From IMG/VR virus record IMGVR_UViG_3300005825_000016: a stretch of 64,000 nucleotides of DNA. The stretch is one strand, 5' to 3'. The stretch comes from a virus. The notes under the pieces were generated by a model. It searched no databases. It worked only from the letters and a program-made list of their open reading frames with translations, and was not told where the DNA came from. Both the position numbers and the translations under genes were made by a program. Shown here piece after piece: positions 52,859 through 62,517 of the stretch. Every line of letters begins with the position of its first letter. Positions within the stretch are counted from its first letter, which is position 1.

Positions 52859-53434
52859 ATGGCAAATCTCGACGCACCTAACGGGTTCACTCCCGTACGC
52901 CACCAAAACGGTGGTGTTGTGCGATATGACGATAGCTTCACAATCCCATCTGGAACCGCAGTTAACATCTTTGCTGGCGACATGGTTCGCCTTACTGGTA
53001 CAGGACGCGACATCGACGTTGCGGCTGCTACCGAAGTACTGTTAGGCGTATTTGCAGGTTGCCAATACGTTGCAGCAAACGGAGATGTTGTCTGGGCCAA
53101 CAGGTGGGTGGATGGAACTGTAACGGCTGGTACGCAGGACGCAGTTGCGTTCGTATATACCGACCCGAACATCGTTTATCGCGCACAATGCCTTACCATC
53201 GCAGAAGCTGATGTTGGCTTGGCTGCTGATATTGTCGCGGGAGCAGGTAATGCTGCCACCGGCATATCCGGCTTCGAAGTTAGCAGCACGTTCGCCGCGA
53301 CTGGTCAGGTACTCATTCTCGGTCTTGCAAAAGAACCGAGCGGCATTTACCCCTCTGAGTATGGTGCTAACGCCAAAGTTGAAGTTCTTATCAACGAAGG
53401 CGAGCTGGTTTCCGGCACCTACCCAACAGCTTAA
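52859..53434 (+). CDS. capsid decoration/cement-like protein
   Basis: MANLDAPNGFTPV...GVFAGCQY...YTDPNIVY; immediately before MCP. Confidence 0.7.
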   Translation: MANLDAPNGFTPVRHQNGGVVRYDDSFTIPSGTAVNIFAGDMVRLTGTGRDIDVAAATEVLLGVFAGCQYVAANGDVVWANRWVDGTVTAGTQDAVAFVYTDPNIVYRAQCLTIAEADVGLAADIVAGAGNAATGISGFEVSSTFAATGQVLILGLAKEPSGIYPSEYGANAKVEVLINEGELVSGTYPTA

Positions 53435-53451
53435 TAAAGGAGCGTAAATAA

Positions 53452-54366
53452 ATGGCTATCATGAATCGCGCTCGCTTTAGAAAGCAGCTGCAAGAGGGTC
53501 TCAACACAGTATTCGGTTTGGAATACAAGCGTTATGAGCAGGAGTGGCGTCCTATCTTCGCTGTTGAGAATTCAACAAAAGCATACGAGGAAGATGTATT
53601 GCTCGCAGGTCTGGCAGGTGCTCCTGTTAAGGCCGAAGGTGCTCCGGTCGCTTATGATCAGGGTGGTGAAGCATTCGTCAGCCGCTACGTCCATGAGACA
53701 ATCGCTCTCGCTTTCTCCCTTACGGAAGAAGCCGAGGAAGATAATCTCTACGGATCAATCGGTTCCAAGTACTCGAAGGCTCTGGCACGTTCGATGCAGC
53801 ACACCAAGGAAGTTAAAGGTGCGGCAGTTCTGAACAACGGCTTCAATGCTGCCTTTCCGGGCGGCGACGGAGTTGCTCTGTTCTCGACGGCGCATCCGCT
53901 CTTCGGCGGCGGCACGCAATCGAACACGTTCACGACACAGGCTGACCTGTCTGAAACCTCTCTCGAAGAGGCGATGATCGCAATCAGCAAGTTTGTGGAT
54001 GAGCGCAGCATTCCAATTGCTGTGCGAGCACAGAAGCTGATCGTTCCACCTGATCTGATGTTCGTTGCTGAAAGGCTCCTGATGTCTCCGTATCGCCCCG
54101 GCACTGCGGATAATGACATCAATGCCATGAAGAAAATGGGCATGATCCCCGGCGGTTGCTACAAGAACCACCGACTTACTGACCCGAATGGTTGGTATTT
54201 GATCACTGATCAGCAGGACGGTTTGAAACACATGGTCAGAAAGAACATTCAACGTGGACTCGAAGGCGACTTCGAAACCGGCAACATGCGCTACAAGGCG
54301 CGTGAACGGTACTCGTTCGGATGGTCGGACTACCGTGGTGCCTTCGCAAGTTCTGGAAGCACGTAA
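53452..54366 (+). CDS. major capsid protein (Mu gpT-like, HK97 fold)
   Basis: KQLQEGLNTVFG...RYVHETIALAFSLTEEA.EDNLY...DFETGNMRYKARERYSFGWSD. Confidence 0.95.
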   Translation: MAIMNRARFRKQLQEGLNTVFGLEYKRYEQEWRPIFAVENSTKAYEEDVLLAGLAGAPVKAEGAPVAYDQGGEAFVSRYVHETIALAFSLTEEAEEDNLYGSIGSKYSKALARSMQHTKEVKGAAVLNNGFNAAFPGGDGVALFSTAHPLFGGGTQSNTFTTQADLSETSLEEAMIAISKFVDERSIPIAVRAQKLIVPPDLMFVAERLLMSPYRPGTADNDINAMKKMGMIPGGCYKNHRLTDPNGWYLITDQQDGLKHMVRKNIQRGLEGDFETGNMRYKARERYSFGWSDYRGAFASSGST

Positions 54367-54373
54367 GCGGTCT

Positions 54374-54474
54374 GAGCGACACTGGGGTTATACGGTGGCA
54401 AGCGCAGGTAATGCTGCGCGACCTAAGTAGCCCCGGTGTCAGCTCTCTAACTTTACCCTGAAGACTCGCAAGAG
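54374..54474 (+). ncRNA. candidate structured RNA with 11-nt tetraloop receptor and GNRA loops
   Basis: 13-bp GACACUGGGGUUA/UAGCCCCGGUGUC stem, UACGG/CCUAAG internal loop, GCGCAG/CUGCGC hairpin with GUAA, CUC-GCAA-GAG hairpin. Confidence 0.6.
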
Positions 54475-54489
54475 ACTGGAGACAGACAG

Positions 54490-54930
54490 ATGGGAACTCG
54501 ATCAACAGTAAAGGGATACTGGCGGCAAGCTGGTAACTCGATAAGCAACAACGCAACTCCGGGTGTAGTTCCACACTATGTTCCGGTTACCTTCGACGGC
54601 GCGGCAGCAAACACCACGGCAACTGGCGTGTATCTTCCGAAAGGCGCTATCGTTATTGGCGCGATGATTATCAGTGATCACACTGGTGGCACATCGCCTG
54701 CATTTGATGTTGGTATCACTGGCACAGCCGATGGCTACATCGACGGCTCAGTCAGTACGACCACAGCGCAGCTTGGCTTCTCAGGTCTCGGCTCTCTCGC
54801 TACTGGTGTAGCGTTGACGGCAGACACTGAAATCACTGCTGGCGATGATGGTACTGGCACAGCCGGTTCCGGCAACATCACCGTTCTCATCGAGGTGGTT
54901 ATGCAGGATGACGGCAAGCAGAACAACTAA
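54490..54930 (+). CDS. virion structural protein
   Basis: LPKGAIV...FDVG...YID jelly-roll-like pattern after MCP. Confidence 0.65.
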   Translation: MGTRSTVKGYWRQAGNSISNNATPGVVPHYVPVTFDGAAANTTATGVYLPKGAIVIGAMIISDHTGGTSPAFDVGITGTADGYIDGSVSTTTAQLGFSGLGSLATGVALTADTEITAGDDGTGTAGSGNITVLIEVVMQDDGKQNN

Positions 54931-54942
54931 GGAGGGTGAGTC

Positions 54943-55302
54943 ATGGGACATACCCGCGTTAGACCCATAGTTGGACAAACAGCCGCCGGAGTTGGCGCGA
55001 CTTATATTGTCGTCTGTAGCATGGATGAGCTGAACATTCAGGTCATTGCGAACGGTACAGTTACGTTCACGGTGGACTGGACGAACCAGAACATTCTGTA
55101 TGACGCAGCTAGTCAGGCTGGACGCAATGTAGTAACTGGTGAAACCGCTCGATATGTTGCACCTGCAAGTGCGACATGGGTGAATTTGCTTGGCAGTGGT
55201 TCAGCAAATGCCGTTGCGCAATTTGACTATGCAGTGTTTGCTGTTCGCATTAATATCACAGCAGGTACTGGATCGGTCAGTTACCACATAGCACAAGGAT
55301 AA
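54943..55302 (+). CDS. virion structural protein
   Basis: 119 aa beta-rich, VRINITAGTGSV. Confidence 0.6.
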   Translation: MGHTRVRPIVGQTAAGVGATYIVVCSMDELNIQVIANGTVTFTVDWTNQNILYDAASQAGRNVVTGETARYVAPASATWVNLLGSGSANAVAQFDYAVFAVRINITAGTGSVSYHIAQG

Positions 55303-55306
55303 GACC

Positions 55307-56035
55307 ATGACGACATCAGGTGATTATTTATTTAATCCTGATCTCGCTGAAATGGTCGATGAAGCGCTGGAGCGTTGTCGCATAGACCCTGCCTTGGTTA
55401 CAGTGAGGCACATTCTTGCGGCCAGACGCTCCATGCGTTTTATGCTTGCTGACTGGGCGACGAAGGAATACCACGATTTCCGTATCGAACGGCAGTCGTT
55501 CATGCTTGTGCAATCACAAGCGGAGTATATTGCGGGTACTGATTTCGACCTTGGTCTGACAGGAATTACTGTCATTGACATCATCGGTGCAGTGCTGAGA
55601 CGTAATGGTGTTGATACACCTGTTCAGCTGATGCCGCGCTCTGAGCTTTTGACTATTCCAGAGAAGACAACCGAGGGACGCCCTGACAGGATGTTCATCG
55701 ACAAGCAGCGTGATGGCATTACGCTGACCTTCTGGCCCGTACCAGAGAACTCAACTGATGAGCTGTTCTTCGACGCAGTGTTGAAGTTTCAGGACTCGAA
55801 TACTGCTGCCGATACCGCAGACATCCCTTGGTATATGTATGACGCTTTTGCCTACGGTCTAGCTTTCAGAATGGCAGAGAAGTTCGCTCCACCTGATCTT
55901 GAGGCGGCGCTGTATCAAAAAGCGGAGAATGCATTCAAGACTGGCAGCAACGCCGCACGTGAGCGCGGTGATGTCAGGTTCGTACCGACATCCAATTCGG
56001 CGCGGCGCAGAGGGAGATCGAGTAGTTACCGATGA
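55307..56035 (+). CDS. head-tail adaptor-like protein
   Basis: MTTSG..FN.D..E..EALERC...ARRSM..ML.DW; GRP...LTFWPVP; YGLAFRMA. Confidence 0.7.
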   Translation: MTTSGDYLFNPDLAEMVDEALERCRIDPALVTVRHILAARRSMRFMLADWATKEYHDFRIERQSFMLVQSQAEYIAGTDFDLGLTGITVIDIIGAVLRRNGVDTPVQLMPRSELLTIPEKTTEGRPDRMFIDKQRDGITLTFWPVPENSTDELFFDAVLKFQDSNTAADTADIPWYMYDAFAYGLAFRMAEKFAPPDLEAALYQKAENAFKTGSNAARERGDVRFVPTSNSARRRGRSSSYR

Positions 56036-56538
56036 GTAAGCGTCAATACGCAAGAGGGCGAAATGCTGTCGCAGAATGCCAGCGTTCAGGCCAGAAGATG
56101 ATGTACCGCGATCTTGTTCAAGACGGTCATATCCCCGGTTTGCTTGTGCATCCTGATTGGTGGGAACCAAAGCACCCACAGGAGATACCAGTAGATGTCA
56201 CTGATCCTATTGCGTTGTATCGTCCTGCACCGGAAATTTCGATTGAAGCCGACTATGCTAATCCAGAACAACCAACGCCAGCTCCGGTAGCGCCAGCAAC
56301 AGCTGCCGCTGGTACGCTTGAAACTACCATGATTGGCAATGAGACGCATATGGTTCCGGTTGATGCTCTGGTTTATACCATTGGTGACTGGCTATTTATC
56401 GAGCTTGATGGTGGTGGCGCATGGCATATATCGCGTCTCGCTACTGATGTTACATCACCAACCTTTCGCGTTGAGTTCACGACTCCATTCGTGGGCACAG
56501 CTACGGCTGGCAATAACTTCTACATAGAGGCTGGCTGA
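56032..56538 (+). CDS. virion-associated protein
   Basis: YARGRNAVAECQRSG...WEPKHPQ N-terminus plus C-terminal extension. Confidence 0.6.
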   Translation: MSKRQYARGRNAVAECQRSGQKMMYRDLVQDGHIPGLLVHPDWWEPKHPQEIPVDVTDPIALYRPAPEISIEADYANPEQPTPAPVAPATAAAGTLETTMIGNETHMVPVDALVYTIGDWLFIELDGGGAWHISRLATDVTSPTFRVEFTTPFVGTATAGNNFYIEAG

Positions 56539-57197
56539 TGAGCAACAAGACATACACAGAGCTAACTACCAATCTGCAAGAATGGCTTGAAGATGATGAC
56601 GCAGAGTTCGTTGGTTCGATTGATGAGGTAATCAATCTTGGCGAGATGCGACTATGGCGCGATCTCGATTTGTCGATCTTCACATCCGAAGATACGACCG
56701 TTACTGCTATTGGTGTTGCTACAGCGGTTAAGCCAATCACTGACACCGAGTTAGTAACATGGCAATCTATTTATTACGATTCTGGAACCGAACGTACATG
56801 GCTCCAACTTCGTTCAACTGATTTCGTCAGGGATCATCAAGTGATAGGGGCAACCTCTACACCTAAATACTACGCTGAGTCGAATGAGACGGATTGGCTT
56901 CTTTCACCGATCCCTGACGCAATTTATACATTAAACGCACGTGGTGTAACTCGTCCAACGAGACTATCGGTAGGTAATCCAACAACGTGGTTGTCACTGC
57001 ATCAGGATGACATGCTCTTTAAGGCGTGTCTGGCTGAAGCAGAAGGCTTCCTCAAAGCGGATGACCGGGCACCGATGTGGGCTGAACAATATGCAGCGGC
57101 ACTGCCGCTTGCAAAGCGGGAGACCTACGAGTTACTTAATCAGAGATACAACTTAACACCTCTGGAAGTGCCAGCGGTGCCAACCAACCAGAGGTAA
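56538..57197 (+). CDS. head-tail connector/adaptor protein
   Basis: TYTELTTNLQEWLE...PKYYA...LSPIPDA.Y...TTWLS...DML..A.L.EA..FLK. Confidence 0.75.
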   Translation: MSNKTYTELTTNLQEWLEDDDAEFVGSIDEVINLGEMRLWRDLDLSIFTSEDTTVTAIGVATAVKPITDTELVTWQSIYYDSGTERTWLQLRSTDFVRDHQVIGATSTPKYYAESNETDWLLSPIPDAIYTLNARGVTRPTRLSVGNPTTWLSLHQDDMLFKACLAEAEGFLKADDRAPMWAEQYAAALPLAKRETYELLNQRYNLTPLEVPAVPTNQR

Positions 57198-57200
57198 GCC

Positions 57201-58067
57201 ATGTCTACGACATCACCATTCATCAAGATGACGCTTCAGGCGCTCGATGAGAACCCGGACACATGGGGATCAGTTCTCAATGTCAGCGCACTTGAACTGC
57301 TCGAAGATGCGATTGCAGGCACTGCATCGCCGGACGTAACTGTCGGCAACGTCGCTTTGAATGAAGACGCAGGGGCAGACAACGATCCGCATTATCGCAT
57401 GATGATAATCAACATCATCGGCTCTCCGGGTGCGGCTCGTCAGGTAACCTGTCCACCTACTTCAAAGCCTTACCTTGTCGTGAATTCAACGACTGGTGGG
57501 CAGACCATTACCTTCAAGACAACTGCCGGTACAGGCGTTGTCGTTCCGGTTGGTAATGCTTATTGGCTGTACTGTGATGGTACAAACATTGAGCCAGCCA
57601 GCGTATCGAATGCAGGCACGGCTGACCTTGCTACCGATTCTCTTGACTCTCAGTTGCTTGATGGTATTGCTTCTACAGCATTTGGGCAGCTCGCAGTGGC
57701 TGGTATTTGGACCAAAGGACAGGTTGTACAGGCAGTCACCAAAACAGTGAACGGTGCCGGTCCTTACACAATTGATATCAACGCTACAAACTCAAATGCG
57801 TTTTATCACTTGACTACTCAGAATTTCACGCTTACTGCGCCAACTGGTGCGACAGTCGGGCAGCGGTTCAGTTTCATTGTTGAACAGGGTGCTGGCGCTC
57901 CACATGCGATTTCATTCGCAGCGAGTACATTTCAGTTTGCTGGTGGCGTAGCCCCTTCCTTATCGACAACCCTCGGTGATGTTGATTACTTGGGATTTGA
58001 GTACACAACAACATCAGCTGGCAATAGATGGATTGGCTCTATCATCAAAGCCTTGGGCGATGTGTAA
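57201..58067 (+). CDS. tail fibre/baseplate-associated protein
   Basis: ENPDTWG..LN...LEDAIAG N-terminus; C-terminal LSTT...DYLGF module. Confidence 0.7.
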   Translation: MSTTSPFIKMTLQALDENPDTWGSVLNVSALELLEDAIAGTASPDVTVGNVALNEDAGADNDPHYRMMIINIIGSPGAARQVTCPPTSKPYLVVNSTTGGQTITFKTTAGTGVVVPVGNAYWLYCDGTNIEPASVSNAGTADLATDSLDSQLLDGIASTAFGQLAVAGIWTKGQVVQAVTKTVNGAGPYTIDINATNSNAFYHLTTQNFTLTAPTGATVGQRFSFIVEQGAGAPHAISFAASTFQFAGGVAPSLSTTLGDVDYLGFEYTTTSAGNRWIGSIIKALGDV

Positions 58068-59278
58068 TGGCTTGGACATTTCCAGTATCGCTTATAGCTG
58101 GTGGCGCATCCGTAATACGGACGTTCACTACTAACGCACTGATTGGTGATTTGTGGACACTTCTTGGTTCTCCATCTGGGCCACAAGACGTAAGCATAAC
58201 TGTTGACGGTTGTGATATTGGCAACGTCATCATCAGTGCGAGCTGGACGGCTGGATCGACGTTTCAATTCACCTGCATCAACGGTGGCCGAATACTTGGC
58301 CTTGGTGGTAATGGCGGTGCAGGTGGTAATGACACAGGACCAAACGGTTCGCTTGGGTTTGCCGGGACAGTTGGTGGTCCTGCAATTTCATCTGCTGGTT
58401 TTCTTGTTAGTGTTGATATTGATAATGGTTACTTACTTGGCGGTGGCGGCGGTGGCGGTGGCGGCTCGTATGAAAACCTTGGTGCAACTGGTAATCCCGG
58501 TAACGGTGGTGGAGGTGGCGCAGGTTATTCAGCAACAACTGGTGGTGCTGCTGGAGCACCATCTGGTGTGCCATTAGGTATTGCTGGAAATGCTGGTGGG
58601 CCTTCTGGTGGCGGTACAGGTGGTTTTTCAGTACTCGATCCAGACTCACCTACTAACGGTGGTGATGGTGGTGAATGGGGAGCTGGCGGCAAGACAGGTA
58701 GCGCCAGTGACATGATGCAAAGCTCAGCACCATACTATCACGGTGGACAAGGTGGTCGAGGTGGCAGCGCTTTTTATCCAACTGTAGGTGGCACTATTGC
58801 CTTTAATGGCGCGAAGTCTGAAGCAACGTTGCGCACTGAAGAACGGTTACTTGGCGAAACAGCAAGCCTTATCAACTTCGTAGCATTCTTGAATACAGAT
58901 GTTTCTGAGATTGGCATATCCACGCATGGCTATTATTTTGATACCGATGGCAGGCTTTATCGAGTTAACTCTGTTAGTGGCAACGTTGCTCTTTCAGGAT
59001 ATTGGTATGGTGCTGCTCCTGTTACTGACATTGGACTTGGATATCAAGTCAGAGTTAGGAATACCACAGGCTCAGACGATACCGCTGGCACATGGACTAC
59101 AGCAGCAGCAGCGGCTGGAACGTGGGTTACAATTAACTCTGCACGACAATGGAGCATCACAAGTTCTGCTGGTATTGAAACCGCAGGTTCGCTATTTGAG
59201 ATCAGGAGGCTCGACGCACCCACTGGTGACATCGCTCACAGTGGATACATGGCAGTCACGGATGAGAATGGCGTATGA
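58067..59278 (+). CDS. glycine-rich tail protein
   Basis: GGGGGGGG and G-N-G-G repeats; ATG 58067 overlaps the upstream stop. Confidence 0.7.
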   Translation: MAWTFPVSLIAGGASVIRTFTTNALIGDLWTLLGSPSGPQDVSITVDGCDIGNVIISASWTAGSTFQFTCINGGRILGLGGNGGAGGNDTGPNGSLGFAGTVGGPAISSAGFLVSVDIDNGYLLGGGGGGGGGSYENLGATGNPGNGGGGGAGYSATTGGAAGAPSGVPLGIAGNAGGPSGGGTGGFSVLDPDSPTNGGDGGEWGAGGKTGSASDMMQSSAPYYHGGQGGRGGSAFYPTVGGTIAFNGAKSEATLRTEERLLGETASLINFVAFLNTDVSEIGISTHGYYFDTDGRLYRVNSVSGNVALSGYWYGAAPVTDIGLGYQVRVRNTTGSDDTAGTWTTAAAAAGTWVTINSARQWSITSSAGIETAGSLFEIRRLDAPTGDIAHSGYMAVTDENGV

Positions 59279-62200
59279 CGACAAAGCAGATATTTCAGCT
59301 TCCGATTGGTCCGGGTCTTTATACGGAACAGTCGCAACGCGGCGCTATTGGTCAGTGGTACAAGGCCGACAAGGTGCGCTTCAGGAAAGGTCTGGCTGAA
59401 AAGATTGGCGGCTGGGTCAGGTTGGAGCCAGCCTTCATTGGCACTTGTCGTCGCCTGAAAGACTGGTCATCTTTGGATAATAAGCGTTGGGCGGCTGTTG
59501 CCACGGACACCAAATTGTATCTGTGGCAGGATGGCACCCTGTTCGATATAACGCCTGTACGTCGCTCTGTGACGCTTACGGCTCCATTTGAGACATTTAC
59601 TGGGGAATCTCGCGTTCACGTCACTGACGCCAACCACGGTGCTCAGCTGGGCGATTACGTGCGGTTTTCCAATACCATTGTGGGTGGCGCGAGCGGTATC
59701 ACCGTTTCTGGCGAATACCAGATACTGGAGATCATCGACACCAATACCTATCGGATCACTGATAACGAGACAGCTGCAACTGGTGGAGCTGGCGAAGGTG
59801 GAACGAATGTCCTTGCTGAGTACGATATCTCAGCCGGGGCTTCTAGCGTCACTACGGCCACTGGGTATGGCACAGGACCATATGGCAGGGAAGGGTACGG
59901 TAATGCCAGAACCGGATCGACTCTGCAAATCGGTATCCGAACATGGTCTTTAGACACATGGGGCGAAGACCTTCTTGCCTGTCCACGCGGTGGAGCTATT
60001 TATTGGTGGGATCGTTCTTTGGGTACAGGGCAAAGAGCTGTTGCCATTGGTGGTGATGCACCGCCATTTAACGAGTACATGTTGGTTTCACAGCGGGATC
60101 GACATGTGCTTGCTTTGGGTGCTTACGATTATTTCAATAACGCTTTCGATCCATTGTTGATTCGCTGGGGTTCGACAGAAGACCTAAATGATTGGGTGCC
60201 AACCAACACAAATACAGCTGGCGAACTTCGTCTTTACTCTGGATCACGAATTGTATCGGGAGTTCGTTCACGTCTTGAGACAGTAATTTTCACTGACGTA
60301 TCAGTGCATACGTTGCCATTTGTTGGTGGCAATACTGTGTTTGGTTTGAACATCGTTGGCGAGAACGTCTCCATCATGGGGCCAAACTGTGCAGTGCCAG
60401 TTGATCATCGTGTCATCTTCATGGCTGAAGCAGACTTTTATATTTACGATGGTATTGTCAAGGTCATTCCTTGCGATGTGCGCAACTTCGTATATGACAA
60501 CCTGAATACTGTGCAACGCGAAAAAATTTATGGTGGTCTGAACCGTGAGTTCAATGAGGTTTGGTGGTTCTATCCAAGCTACGATCCAGAGGCATGGGTG
60601 CAGGATGACTTTTCGTTAGCTACACCGCCGGGATACGAAACTGCAAATAGCTCGAATGGCGTAGCAAACCTATTTAATGATGTATTGTTTCAAGCTGACT
60701 TCGAGGGTGCGAATGGAGCAACTACTTACACTGAAGAGTCTCAATTTACTGAGAGCGGCACGTTTGGTGGTAACGCTCAGCTGAGCACAACCAGTCCATT
60801 ATTCGATACATCATCTGCTGATTTCGATGCAGCGGCTGGCACAGTAATTAGTTTTCCGGTTGGAGTAACAGCAAAGACTGCATGGAATGGCACTGGTAAA
60901 TACATGACTGCTGAGGTTGCGTTTCGTACTGATACTCTGCCTGTTAGTTCGCTTGATGATCGTGGCATTCTTTTGATGGGTGATGATGACTTTCAGTTGC
61001 TTCGCATTCAGCTTGAGGATAGCGCTAGTACTCTTTACTTTAGGGTTGGGTTTGCCAACTCTGGTGGTCTCTCTGGACCGGTTTCAGTAACGACAGGCGT
61101 TGATTACTTTCTTGCTGTTGAAGCTGATTACACTGGTGGCCCCGGTAATGGAGTGGAGCGTGTGTGGTTTGGTACGGTTGGTGGTGGTACAGCTACTTTG
61201 ATTGACACCAATACCGGACTGACAGCAAAGAACCCAGCATCCAACACAACAGATACAATTTTTGTTGGGCAGGGAAGTGTAGCAACGAATATATGGGATG
61301 GTGTAATTGATCATGCACGCATCACTGTATCTGACACTGCTCGATATGGAGCAGCAGCTACGATCACGATACCGACTACATATGCGACCAGTTATGTTCC
61401 AGCTGGTCCTGCTGATGTTGGATATTCTTACGTATTTAATTCAACTGGTTTTACTGAGGCCATCGCGACAGCTGATAACAACTATGAGCATGATTACTTT
61501 TTGATCAATGATGAGCCAATTCTTACACCAGAACAAAGTGAGTATGCAATCGAGCTGGATGTAAACCCCGCTATTGGTGCTGGTACTGGAAGAGCTGGTA
61601 TGTGCTTCTTAAGAACAGATTTGGTTGGCACGAGTGAAACAGATGCTGATGATTGCCAGCAATTGATGTTTGAGTTGAATTACGATGATAATCGTGTAGA
61701 AGTTTGGAAGAAGACCGCAGCTGGCGTGGCTGCTCCTGCTAATCAGGGTGCTAATACAGTTGACTTCACGACTCTTACTGGTAGCCCAATGGCACTGGGA
61801 GCCAAGTATATTCTTACGGCGCAGTTCGATACTCCGACACTGACGTTATATGTTGATGGTGTACAGGCATTTCAGTTCAATCTGGATGTTACTGAGTTAA
61901 CAGAGTTTGCTACTGGTACAGCAGGGTTACATCAGGCACCGGGAACACAGAATGACCTGTATAGATTTTACAACTTCTCAATCGGCCCGGTTGGTGTGCT
62001 AACCGCTACCGATTTTGATATATCACCCATAGAGGTGAACAGATATGTGGCATTAAACTATGAAGAAGGTACGTGGACCACTGGTCGTTTGGCGAGAACT
62101 GCATGGGCCGACAGATCACCTTTGCTGGAAAAAGCATATGCAGCTGGTATTGATGGCTACATGTATAAACATGAAACAGGTACAGATGATAACGGCGCAG

Positions 62201-62517
62201 CGATGGAGGCTTTTATCGAATCATTCGACATGGAGATACCACAAGCAGGTGAAGAGCTAATGCACATTGATCAATTGATTCCAGATTTTCTTACGCTAGA
62301 AGGATCAGTTGATGTTTATCTTACAGGTTTGAAGTACCCGCAAGATTCAAATCGAATTACAAAGGGACCGTACACAGTATCAAACGGCACTCGCAAGCTA
62401 AGCACTCGTATGAGGGCGAGGCAGGTTGCTTTACGTATTGAGTCAAATGCTACCGGTGACAAATGGAGAATGGGTAATTGGAGAGGGAGAGCCGGACCAC
62501 ACGGTAAACGCGGATGA
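59275..62517 (+). CDS. tail nozzle / DNA stabilization protein with inserted lectin-like domains
   Basis: DKVRFRKG..EKIGGW, WSLDTWGEDL, SQRDRH, EVWWFYPS...RYV..NY...W, C-terminal RARQVALRIES...WRMG. Confidence 0.8.
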   Translation: MTTKQIFQLPIGPGLYTEQSQRGAIGQWYKADKVRFRKGLAEKIGGWVRLEPAFIGTCRRLKDWSSLDNKRWAAVATDTKLYLWQDGTLFDITPVRRSVTLTAPFETFTGESRVHVTDANHGAQLGDYVRFSNTIVGGASGITVSGEYQILEIIDTNTYRITDNETAATGGAGEGGTNVLAEYDISAGASSVTTATGYGTGPYGREGYGNARTGSTLQIGIRTWSLDTWGEDLLACPRGGAIYWWDRSLGTGQRAVAIGGDAPPFNEYMLVSQRDRHVLALGAYDYFNNAFDPLLIRWGSTEDLNDWVPTNTNTAGELRLYSGSRIVSGVRSRLETVIFTDVSVHTLPFVGGNTVFGLNIVGENVSIMGPNCAVPVDHRVIFMAEADFYIYDGIVKVIPCDVRNFVYDNLNTVQREKIYGGLNREFNEVWWFYPSYDPEAWVQDDFSLATPPGYETANSSNGVANLFNDVLFQADFEGANGATTYTEESQFTESGTFGGNAQLSTTSPLFDTSSADFDAAAGTVISFPVGVTAKTAWNGTGKYMTAEVAFRTDTLPVSSLDDRGILLMGDDDFQLLRIQLEDSASTLYFRVGFANSGGLSGPVSVTTGVDYFLAVEADYTGGPGNGVERVWFGTVGGGTATLIDTNTGLTAKNPASNTTDTIFVGQGSVATNIWDGVIDHARITVSDTARYGAAATITIPTTYATSYVPAGPADVGYSYVFNSTGFTEAIATADNNYEHDYFLINDEPILTPEQSEYAIELDVNPAIGAGTGRAGMCFLRTDLVGTSETDADDCQQLMFELNYDDNRVEVWKKTAAGVAAPANQGANTVDFTTLTGSPMALGAKYILTAQFDTPTLTLYVDGVQAFQFNLDVTELTEFATGTAGLHQAPGTQNDLYRFYNFSIGPVGVLTATDFDISPIEVNRYVALNYEEGTWTTGRLARTAWADRSPLLEKAYAAGIDGYMYKHETGTDDNGAAMEAFIESFDMEIPQAGEELMHIDQLIPDFLTLEGSVDVYLTGLKYPQDSNRITKGPYTVSNGTRKLSTRMRARQVALRIESNATGDKWRMGNWRGRAGPHGKRG

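Noticed and set aside
54458-54480. Hammerhead-like CUGAAGA followed by a GCAA hairpin
   Set aside because: No GAAA after stem II and no stems I/III
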